A stretch of 64,000 bases of DNA. Source: Opitutia bacterium (GTDB lineage Bacteria; Verrucomicrobiota; Verrucomicrobiia; Opitutales; Opitutaceae). Positions 36,529 through 44,651 of this stretch are shown one piece after another. The stretch lies in the NCBI GenBank assembly GCA_947478395.1, contig CANJVR010000007.1:32001-96000 (forward strand), given 5' to 3'. Every line of letters starts with the position of its first letter. Position 1 is the first letter of the stretch. The notes beneath the pieces are model-generated. The model ran no database searches, was not told where the DNA came from, and saw nothing but the letters and a program-made list of their open reading frames with translations. The position numbers and the translations under genes are program-made.

Positions 36529-39141
36529 TTAAGTGCGCGGCGCGGCGGGCAGCGCGCGAAAATCCCGCACCAGTTTCCGGACGCCCAGAGCGCCGAGGAA
36601 CAGCCAGGTGGCAAGGGCAAGGTAGTAGGTGCTGCGCAGGATCCACGGACCGCGGTAACTGAGCGTCACGGCGTTCTGACCGGGTTGAAGTCCGACCATC
36701 ACCAATCCACCGGCCGATTTCTCCACCGCAGCGGGCTGGCCGTTGACCGTGGCGACATATCCGGGCAGGAAAAGCCGCGGCGTTTCCAGCCACGCTCCGC
36801 TGGCGCTAACCGTCGTGGCGGCGCGATACGGCGCCCATGAGGTGACTTTCACGGGTAGGGCGTCGAGGGCGTATGGCTGCAGGTAGATCGTCGCGAAATC
36901 GGCCGGAACGCTCGGGACGGCCTCGTTGTAGATGTAGTGAAATTCGACGGTGTCGATCGCCTTGCGCGACGTCCACAGCGAGAAGAACCGCCGGCTCGTT
37001 GGCATGAATCCGAACGACGTGGTCGGCTCGGTGCCTGGAGTCATCCCCATGGCGGAGTTCGGCAGGAAAAATTCCCGCCGCACGAACTCCCCCGAGACCA
37101 GCAGGGAGCCGGGCGCAGGGATGGTCTTGGGTTCAAAACGCACGGCATAGCGGACGTTGGGGGCCAGCGAAATGGGGGGATGCAACACCGCCACAGACAC
37201 GCCGTCGTGCACGGCCGTCAGCGGAATTTGAGCCGCGCTGTCCGGCGGTCGCGCCGCGGCCACATTACTGGCTAGTTCCGTGCGACGGTCGGCCGCTAGC
37301 ACGCGATTTTCCAAATAGGGATCGACGTAACTATGCGAAAAATAGGGTGGTGCGGCGGGGAAGGGATTGAACGCGTACCGCGTGAGGATCTGGTTGTGCG
37401 GCTCGAAGAAAACCCCGGCCTGGCTGGGTGGCACGGTGATGGCGTAGCCGCGCAAAACGAATTTCACGGCTTCGGTGAAGGTCCAGCCGGTGCAAACGAA
37501 AACGATGAAGGAAATTCCGAGTGCGACGCGGCGTTGGCCGGAGGCCATTGCCGCCAGCGCACCGGCGGCGCCGATCACGGTGAGTCCCGCGGCGATCGCA
37601 TAAAACCGCTGCATCGGCCAGTGGTAGGTGATATCGCGGACCGTGCCCGGCACCAAGTGCCACAAGGCGACATTCAACCCGGGAATCGGCAGCAGAAGGA
37701 GGAGCAGCCCGAAACTGCCCAGCAACGGAACCCACGCCGCGCGCGTCGGCCGCCAAAATGCTGCCGCCGTCGTGACGGCGAGCATGACCCAGAGCCCCCA
37801 GCCGAGTTGATAGTCGGAGAGTTGGTTGGCGGTTTCGCTGACGGGATAAAACGCCTTGGGAAACGCCGACTGGATGGCGCCGAGGGTGATCGCGACTTCG
37901 CTGCCGGTTGAGCCCGCGCCGAGGGTTTTCACCGAGACGAAGACATAACTGGCCGTGAGCAAAAACACGCCAACTCCCACGGCCCAATTGCGGTAAATGC
38001 GGGAGTCCCCGCGGCGGCGAAACCAGATCACAAGGTGTGCGAAAACCGCGATAAAGGTGATCCAAAGCGCGATGGGCGGATGGCAGTACCATAGCCCGGC
38101 AACGGGCAGCACCGTCCACAGGATCGAGGCGCGGTCGTCGCTCAACGCACGCCAGAGGCCATATGCGGCCAGAGGAATGTAAGGCAGCGCCGTCATGCTC
38201 ATGAAGAGGTCGCCTTGGTACCCCAGTGAGAGCACCCCGGGGCAGCCGGCGTAAAGCGTCGCGAGCGCCAGCGCCGTCCAGCGATTGCGGGGAACGATGG
38301 CGGCACAGCACAGGTACGCCGAAAAAATCCCCCCGAAGCCGCACAACAGCAGCGCCAGATTTTGGAGGGCGGTGAATGGCAGTTCGCGGCCCGTCAGCAA
38401 ATCGATGAGGCCGGTGAAATGCTGCAGGTAAGGCGCGAAACGCAGCGGACTGACGGCGCCGTTGAAGGCGTATTCCGTCTGCCCGGCAAACACGGGAAAA
38501 ATGCCGAGCCGCCATTGCGACACGAAATCGGCGTTCATGATACAGTACCAGTAGGAGTCGCCGGAGCCGACTGACCCCGCCGTGGCGAAGGCGCCGAAAA
38601 ACATGAAGCCGGCGGCCGCGAGCAGCGTGAGACGGCTGGTTTCCAGCGGGGCTTCCGGTCGGGCGCGCCGGCACCACAGATAAATCAGCCGCACGCCCAG
38701 GTGCACCGGGGCGTGCAGCGCCATCAGTTTCAGCACCTGCCGCCCGCTCAAGTTCATGCCCAGCTTCACGAAAACGAAATGCAGCACCGCGGCGGCGAGC
38801 AGTTGACCAACCAAAAGTTTGGCCAGCAACCACCCTAGCGAGCGCGTCCTGCGCAAACCATATTGCAGCGTGACCGAATAGCAGAGCAGCGTGACACAGA
38901 TGATCGTCGAAAAATCTTCCTGATCGAGCGGCCGCTTAAAAACGAATCCATTGAGTAGGAATAGCCACCCGCCTAGAACGGCGGCGTCGATGGCGATCAG
39001 CGAGCCGACGATCCGGCCGGTCGTTTCCCATGTACGTACTTTTCGAAACGGGGCGAGGACGAAGGCGAGGGTTTTGGACAACACGGCTGGCAGGGTGGGG
39101 AAGCGAGATTGTGCTTGCTGGTAGGTTCGGGCCACAACCAT
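36529..39141 (-). CDS. Large multi-TM GT-C/YfhO-like membrane protein
   Basis: GSGDSYWY...FPVFAGQ..AFNGAVSPLR, many TMs, C-terminal WLETPRLFLPGY domain. Start uncertain. Confidence 0.75.
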   Translation of the reverse strand: MVVARTYQQAQSRFPTLPAVLSKTLAFVLAPFRKVRTWETTGRIVGSLIAIDAAVLGGWLFLLNGFVFKRPLDQEDFSTIICVTLLCYSVTLQYGLRRTRSLGWLLAKLLVGQLLAAAVLHFVFVKLGMNLSGRQVLKLMALHAPVHLGVRLIYLWCRRARPEAPLETSRLTLLAAAGFMFFGAFATAGSVGSGDSYWYCIMNADFVSQWRLGIFPVFAGQTEYAFNGAVSPLRFAPYLQHFTGLIDLLTGRELPFTALQNLALLLCGFGGIFSAYLCCAAIVPRNRWTALALATLYAGCPGVLSLGYQGDLFMSMTALPYIPLAAYGLWRALSDDRASILWTVLPVAGLWYCHPPIALWITFIAVFAHLVIWFRRRGDSRIYRNWAVGVGVFLLTASYVFVSVKTLGAGSTGSEVAITLGAIQSAFPKAFYPVSETANQLSDYQLGWGLWVMLAVTTAAAFWRPTRAAWVPLLGSFGLLLLLLPIPGLNVALWHLVPGTVRDITYHWPMQRFYAIAAGLTVIGAAGALAAMASGQRRVALGISFIVFVCTGWTFTEAVKFVLRGYAITVPPSQAGVFFEPHNQILTRYAFNPFPAAPPYFSHSYVDPYLENRVLAADRRTELASNVAAARPPDSAAQIPLTAVHDGVSVAVLHPPISLAPNVRYAVRFEPKTIPAPGSLLVSGEFVRREFFLPNSAMGMTPGTEPTTSFGFMPTSRRFFSLWTSRKAIDTVEFHYIYNEAVPSVPADFATIYLQPYALDALPVKVTSWAPYRAATTVSASGAWLETPRLFLPGYVATVNGQPAAVEKSAGGLVMVGLQPGQNAVTLSYRGPWILRSTYYLALATWLFLGALGVRKLVRDFRALPAAPRT

Positions 39142-39158
39142 AAACCTAATTTCTTCTC

Positions 39159-39572
39159 ATGAAATATCTCCGGCGCGTGTGGTTCCTTAATCTCGCTTTC
39201 TTAGTGGTCCTGCTTGGCGCAGGGGCGTTCAGCGGTTGTTCGAGGCTCCTGCCGGCGCGCAAGGGCACTGCGCATTCGTTGCAAATCCCCATCGACACCC
39301 GGCGCGCCCCGGTGGAGACGCTGTCCGGATGTTTCATCCCGGCCGTGTTTCCTGCTGTGACCAAAATTCCGGTCATCACCGTGCAATCGATTCCGCCGGG
39401 TGCCAAAATAACCGCTGCAACCCACGAGGTGGTGTTGAAAAACGGCGACGAATTGGCTCTGCTGGAAACTGTGATCGAAAAAAATCAAGTCTACCTGAAA
39501 TTCGCCGTGCCGAAGGTTGAATCGTTTACCCAGGTTACCGTAATGGTGACTGTGAAATACGAGTATCGCTGA
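39159..39572 (+). CDS. Small lipoprotein
   Basis: Basic N-terminus, hydrophobic stretch, lipobox FSG-C; beta-rich mature part. Confidence 0.6.
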   Translation: MKYLRRVWFLNLAFLVVLLGAGAFSGCSRLLPARKGTAHSLQIPIDTRRAPVETLSGCFIPAVFPAVTKIPVITVQSIPPGAKITAATHEVVLKNGDELALLETVIEKNQVYLKFAVPKVESFTQVTVMVTVKYEYR

Positions 39573-39679
39573 CCGGTGCGGGCCGTCGTCCGCCGCCGGC
39601 TCCGCGAGGTTACGATTGACTGTGCTTGGTCGGACCTCGCGCTCGACCGTTCGTAACCGATGATGCGCAGCCAATTCCC

Positions 39680-42475
39680 GTGAACCGCACTTTCGATCCG
39701 CGGCGGCTCGCGTGGGCGGTCTTGGATGCCTCGATCTTGGCCGGCGTGATCGTGACGATAAACGGGTTGCTGGGCTTGGGCCTGCGCCCGGCGGGTGCGT
39801 TGGCCATGGTGGGTGCTGGAGGCGTCGCGTTTGCGCTCGCCCGGTTACCCGGTTGCTGGCGATCGACGAGCCGGGCGCGGAACCTGATTTTTTTTCCGCT
39901 CGCGATGTTGCTGCTAGACCTAGGTGCATGGCTGGCGATTCATCGCGGGGTGCCGGGGCTGACGTGGAGCCGGGCGATTTATGCGGGCGCAGTCACGCTC
40001 GGGCTCGGGGCGGGCTTCCATTTGATCCGTCAGGTCACCTTTCACCTTGAAACGGATGGAGCGGAGGCGGTGCGGCTGGCTTCGCTCGTCCTTGGGGCGG
40101 TCTGGGTGTTTCATCCCTTTCTCACGGCGCAAATGTTGGGTGGACTCGATGCGCACTGGTACGGGCACATCATGGTCGACGCGTTGCAGCAGGCGCACGC
40201 GGGCGTGTGGCCGGTTTTTGTCGGACAAGGGGAAATGATGTTCAACGGCGCGGTGCACCCGTTTCGCACGGCACCCTATCATCACCATTTCGGCATCGTC
40301 CTCGATGCCCTCACGCTGCGCACGCTCACGCCGCTGGCCGTGCAGCATCTCACCGTCATCGCGACCGCCGTGTGGGGTGCGACGCTGACTTACCTTTGTC
40401 TCACGGCACTGGCGCCCACGCGGCGCTGGCTGGCGTGGGCGCTGGCGTTGGGCTACATCAGCGGCCCGGCTATCGCGGGGGCAATTTACGCGCAGGAAAT
40501 GTACATGACTTTCATGGCCTACGGGTGGCTGCCGCTGGTGGTTTACGCCAACATCCGGCTCATGCGAAACAACGACCGCGCAGGGTGGCTCCTGCTCGCG
40601 ACGGGCCTTGCGTTGGTCTGGATCTGCCACGCGCCGGTGGGTGCGTGGGCAAGTTTGGTTACGCTGGGCATGCAGGGCGTGCGTTTGTTGGCGCGCGATT
40701 TTGATTTACGCTCATGGAGCTTGGCCGCGGGTGGGGTGGCGGGGTTCGGACTTTTGACGGCGTATTATTTTTTCTCGATCGGGGAGCTGGCGCCCGCGAA
40801 TGCGCATGGCACCGGCGCGCTGCTCACGTACGGCGCGGGTGCGCTGTTGGCGTTGATGGCGTTGGTCCGTTTGCTCGTCACGGGAAACTGGCGGTGGCTC
40901 GCGCTCGGCGGCGTGGCGCTCGCGGTTTTGTGGCCCACGCACCGCATGTATTTCGGCTGGCTCGGAGCCTCGCTCGCGCTGGGAGCGGCGTTGGTGCTGA
41001 TCGAAAAATGGCGTCCGCGGTTTAAGCTGTCGACCCGCGTGCCGGAGGCGCTGGTCTTCGTCCTGTTGACCGGAGGCTTGCTGGCCGCGCTGGTATTTCC
41101 GGAGCGAGACGGAGCGCGGCTGATCCGAAGCGGACAGGCGTATTTGTTGATGACGCAGCTGTTCCCGAAAAATCTGCAATCGGTGTCGTGGCTCGCGCAG
41201 GAACTGGGTGATTTGCAGCCGGGCTATGCGATGCTCGCGGCTTTGGGCGCGGGGCTGTTGGCGATGCTCGTCCGACCGACGTGGGAGGGGAAACTGGTGA
41301 CGCTGGCAGGCTGCGGCCTGGCGCTGATGATTTTTCCCGTCCCGCGGATCACGCTCTTGTTTTACCAGGCCGTGCCGGATCCGCTCTACGGCATCTGCAC
41401 CGTGAGTCTTTGGCTGCGGCTGATGCCGGTACTGGTTACTCTGGCGATTTTTGCCGGATTTTTGGCGATGGCGGCAATGCCACGCGGATTTTGGCCGCGC
41501 CTGGCCATCGCGGTGGGCGCGGCCGAATTGCTATTCGCCCATTGGGCCGAGACCTCGAAATTCATCCGGCTCGGCGCTCGGGCCGTTAATACCTCCGAGC
41601 GAACGGCGATGTTCTACCGGACGGAAAATGTGCAGCTCTTTTCGTACGCGTATAACGGTCTGCCGCATCCGGCTTACATGCTGAATGGCGTGGTGGACTA
41701 TCATCTCGAAAGTCGGTTGCTCGACGTGGCGAAGCGCGAATGGCGCAAGGACCCGGTGCTGGAAAATGGCTTCTCGGCTCCTGTCGCTCTGACCGCAGAA
41801 CCCGGCAATGAAGGCGTGGCGTGGTCTTGGTTTTCGCCTCGGTTGACGGTCGCCGCGGGGGAGCGCCGGCTGGTGAAATTCGATTTCTTCGATCGCGCTT
41901 TCAGCGGAACGCTCGTGATGAAAGCCCCCGGAATTTATCGCGACTACTATTTGCCGGACGCGGGATTTTACGCGAAAAGCTTCGGCAGCGCGCCGGAGAA
42001 ACCGAAGCTACTGTCCATCTGGAACACGAGCGAAGCCGAGCGCCAGGTGCTTTTGGCGTTCGTGACGGCTAATCCCGAAGAAATTGGAAAACCGTTGGGA
42101 GATTTTGCCCGCGTCAGCACTAGACCCTATCGCACGGAAGAGCTCCAAATCCAGACCCGGCGCCTGACGCCTTATCGGGCTGACGTGGAACTGACTGAGC
42201 CGATGTACCTGGAAACCCCGCGGGTATTTATTCCCGGATATCGGGCGAGGGTAGACGGGATTTCCCGGAAGGTGGAGGTCTCGCCCGATCATCTCGCGAT
42301 GGTGCGCGTCGAGCCGGGTCACCACACCGTGGATCTTTTCTACACCGGCACGTTTGCCGCGCGAATGATGCTGCGGGTGAGTGCGCTCGGTTGGGTTTTG
42401 CTCGCGGCTTTTGGAATCTGGCAGTTGCGCGGGCGGCTGAAGGCTTTGTCCGAAGGTAGGGCGGGTTATCCCTAA
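39680..42475 (+). CDS. Large multi-TM GT-C/YfhO-like membrane protein, paralog of 36529-39141
   Basis: GGLDAHWY...WPVFVGQ..MFNGAVHPFR, YLETPRVFIPGY. GTG 39680 chosen; the ORF is open from 39626. Confidence 0.75.
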   Translation: MNRTFDPRRLAWAVLDASILAGVIVTINGLLGLGLRPAGALAMVGAGGVAFALARLPGCWRSTSRARNLIFFPLAMLLLDLGAWLAIHRGVPGLTWSRAIYAGAVTLGLGAGFHLIRQVTFHLETDGAEAVRLASLVLGAVWVFHPFLTAQMLGGLDAHWYGHIMVDALQQAHAGVWPVFVGQGEMMFNGAVHPFRTAPYHHHFGIVLDALTLRTLTPLAVQHLTVIATAVWGATLTYLCLTALAPTRRWLAWALALGYISGPAIAGAIYAQEMYMTFMAYGWLPLVVYANIRLMRNNDRAGWLLLATGLALVWICHAPVGAWASLVTLGMQGVRLLARDFDLRSWSLAAGGVAGFGLLTAYYFFSIGELAPANAHGTGALLTYGAGALLALMALVRLLVTGNWRWLALGGVALAVLWPTHRMYFGWLGASLALGAALVLIEKWRPRFKLSTRVPEALVFVLLTGGLLAALVFPERDGARLIRSGQAYLLMTQLFPKNLQSVSWLAQELGDLQPGYAMLAALGAGLLAMLVRPTWEGKLVTLAGCGLALMIFPVPRITLLFYQAVPDPLYGICTVSLWLRLMPVLVTLAIFAGFLAMAAMPRGFWPRLAIAVGAAELLFAHWAETSKFIRLGARAVNTSERTAMFYRTENVQLFSYAYNGLPHPAYMLNGVVDYHLESRLLDVAKREWRKDPVLENGFSAPVALTAEPGNEGVAWSWFSPRLTVAAGERRLVKFDFFDRAFSGTLVMKAPGIYRDYYLPDAGFYAKSFGSAPEKPKLLSIWNTSEAERQVLLAFVTANPEEIGKPLGDFARVSTRPYRTEELQIQTRRLTPYRADVELTEPMYLETPRVFIPGYRARVDGISRKVEVSPDHLAMVRVEPGHHTVDLFYTGTFAARMMLRVSALGWVLLAAFGIWQLRGRLKALSEGRAGYP

Positions 42476-42547
42476 CCCGCCGCTGCGACTCGGCTCACAG
42501 ACAGAGCGACGCCAACCGGCGCGTTAGGGATAACGCGCCCTACCTTC
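42452..42547. repeat. GTAG-type REP doublet (family B), copy 2, inverted orientation
   Basis: GAAGGTAGGGCGGGTTATCCCTAACCCGCC ... GGCGCGTTAGGGATAACGCGCCCTACCTTC; spacer approximately the reverse complement of copy 1. Confidence 0.85.
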
Positions 42548-42604
42548 AGACCGCCGCTGGATTTTGGGATGGCGGGGGCGCAGGGAATTCCCACCGTGGT
42601 TGCA

Positions 42605-43540
42605 GTGCCTAGCCCCGCCTTGAGTTTTGTCATTCCGCTCTACAACAGCGCCGCGACTATCGGCGCGTTGGTGAAGACGATCGAAAGCCTTCAGGTCGAA
42701 GGCGGGCATGAGATTGTTTTGGTCAACGATGGCAGTGCGGACGCGACGGCGGATGTTTGCCGTCAACTGGTGCGCGAGGCCCGCGTCCCGATCCTCTATA
42801 TCGAACACGCGCGGAATTACGGCGAACACAACGCGGTCCTTTCCGGCTGGCGGCAGTCGCGCGGGGCTCACGTGGTGAATCTGGATGACGACGGCCAGAA
42901 TCCGCCGGAGGAGGCGGTGCGGATGTGGGCGCACGCGAAAGCCACCGGACTGGATGTGGTCTTCGGTCATTACACGGTGAAGCAGCACTCGTTCTGGCGG
43001 AACGCGGGCAGTTGGTTCACGAACCGCATGACGGACTGGGCGCTGGACAAGCCGAAGGGATTTTATCTTTCGAGCTTTCGCTGTGTGTCCGCGTTTGTGG
43101 CGAGCGAGGTATCGGCCCATACGGGACCGCTGCCTTACATCGACGGTTTGATTTTGCAGGTGACGCAGCGCCTTGGGTCGATCGAGGTGCGGCACGAGCA
43201 ACGGCGGGCGGGCGCGAGCGGTTACACGCTGCGCCGGTTGATGCAGTTGTGGATGAGCGCATGGGTTAATTTCTCCGTGTTGCCGCTGCGGCTGGCGACC
43301 GGCCTCGGCTTCGTCATGGCGTTTGCGGGGTTCGTGAGTTTTGGCGTGGTGCTGTATTTGCGCTACGTGGATCGCGGGCCACAGTTTGGCTGGGGCTCCC
43401 TGATGGCGGCCCTGCTTTTATTTTCCGGCGCGCAACTTGTGATGCTCGGATTGATTGGCGAATACGTTGGGCGAATGTTTTTTGCGGTGAAGCGTCGGCC
43501 ACAATCAGTGGTGCGTGAAATCGTGCGCGGCGGCGCGTGA
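42605..43540 (+). CDS. GT2, ArnC-like undecaprenyl-phosphate glycosyltransferase
   Basis: SFVIPLYNS, VNDGSAD, RNYGEHNA, LDDDGQNPP, two C-terminal TMs with LGLIGEYVGR. Alternative start 42569. Confidence 0.88.
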   Translation: MPSPALSFVIPLYNSAATIGALVKTIESLQVEGGHEIVLVNDGSADATADVCRQLVREARVPILYIEHARNYGEHNAVLSGWRQSRGAHVVNLDDDGQNPPEEAVRMWAHAKATGLDVVFGHYTVKQHSFWRNAGSWFTNRMTDWALDKPKGFYLSSFRCVSAFVASEVSAHTGPLPYIDGLILQVTQRLGSIEVRHEQRRAGASGYTLRRLMQLWMSAWVNFSVLPLRLATGLGFVMAFAGFVSFGVVLYLRYVDRGPQFGWGSLMAALLLFSGAQLVMLGLIGEYVGRMFFAVKRRPQSVVREIVRGGA

Positions 43541-43616
43541 GCGAGAGCGCTGGCCGGGACCGGAAGAGCGGCCGTCGTTTGACATTTTCGCGTTTCTTCC
43601 GACCAATGCGGGTCCC

Positions 43617-44651
43617 ATGCCCAAACGCGCCGTACTCCTCGCCAACCTCGGATCGCCCGATTCCACGGCCGTGCCGGACGTCAAGCGCTACCTCCGCGAG
43701 TTTCTCGGCGACGAACGTGTGATCGACCGGCCAGGCCAGCCGTTTCGCTCGCTCCTGGTCAATCAGATCATCATTCCGTTCCGCTCCAAAAAATCCGCGA
43801 AGGCTTATAAGAAGGTTTGGCTGCCGGAAGGTTCCCCTCTTGTCGTGATCTCAAAATCCGTGCGCGAGAAGCTCGCCCGCACGATCGGGGCCGGGACGCC
43901 GGTCTATCTCGCCATGCGGTACGGCAATCCCTCGATCGAAAGCGTCATGCGCCAGATCGTGGCGGATGGCATCGAGGAAATCCTGCTCTTCCCGCAGTAT
44001 CCGCACTACGCGATGGCTTCGTGGGAAACGGGCACGGTGAAGGTTTTCGAAGAGCGCGACCGGCTCGCGCCACGACTGCGCATCGTTACCGTGCAGCCGT
44101 TCTACAAGGACGACGACTACATCGAGGCGCTTTACTCCGTGACGCGCCCGTATCTCGAACAGCCGCACGACCACGTGCTTTTCAGCTACCACGGATTGCC
44201 GGCGCGCCATATGCGCAAGGCTGATACCTCCCGCGCGCACTGCATGACGGTCGCTGATTGTTGCGAGACTTGTTCGCCGGTGCACGCGACGTGTTATCGG
44301 GCGCAGATCTTCGCCACCACGCGTGCGCTCGTGACGCGCGCGGGCATTCCTGCAGACAAATACTCCGTATCTTTTCAATCCCGCCTCGCCGGCGAACCGT
44401 GGCTGACTCCTTTCACCGACCATGAATTGGAACGGCTGCCCAAGGCCGGAAAAAAACGCCTGCTGGTGCTGTGTCCCGCCTTCGTCGCCGACTGTCTGGA
44501 AACGCTCGAGGAAATCGAGCAAGAGGGATCCAGTGAATTCATGGCGGCGGGTGGGGAATCTTTCCAACAGGTTCCCTGCCTCAACGATCACCCCGTCTAT
44601 ATCGATTTTCTGGCCAAGCGCGTTTATGAGTGGCTGGATGGGCCGGCGTGA
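43617..44651 (+). CDS. hemH: Ferrochelatase
   Basis: LLANLGSP, GSPL, AMRYGNP, FSYHGLP, FQSR..WL.P, FVADCLETLEEI, CLND. Confidence 0.95.
   Translation: MPKRAVLLANLGSPDSTAVPDVKRYLREFLGDERVIDRPGQPFRSLLVNQIIIPFRSKKSAKAYKKVWLPEGSPLVVISKSVREKLARTIGAGTPVYLAMRYGNPSIESVMRQIVADGIEEILLFPQYPHYAMASWETGTVKVFEERDRLAPRLRIVTVQPFYKDDDYIEALYSVTRPYLEQPHDHVLFSYHGLPARHMRKADTSRAHCMTVADCCETCSPVHATCYRAQIFATTRALVTRAGIPADKYSVSFQSRLAGEPWLTPFTDHELERLPKAGKKRLLVLCPAFVADCLETLEEIEQEGSSEFMAAGGESFQQVPCLNDHPVYIDFLAKRVYEWLDGPA

Noticed and set aside
37331..38833. Long alternate-frame and antisense ORFs (e.g. 37331-38833, 12593-13678, 20999-21967, 46124-47266, 63304-63972)
   Set aside because: They overlap well-supported genes, are Arg/Ala/Gly-rich without motifs, and are expected shadows in GC-rich DNA.
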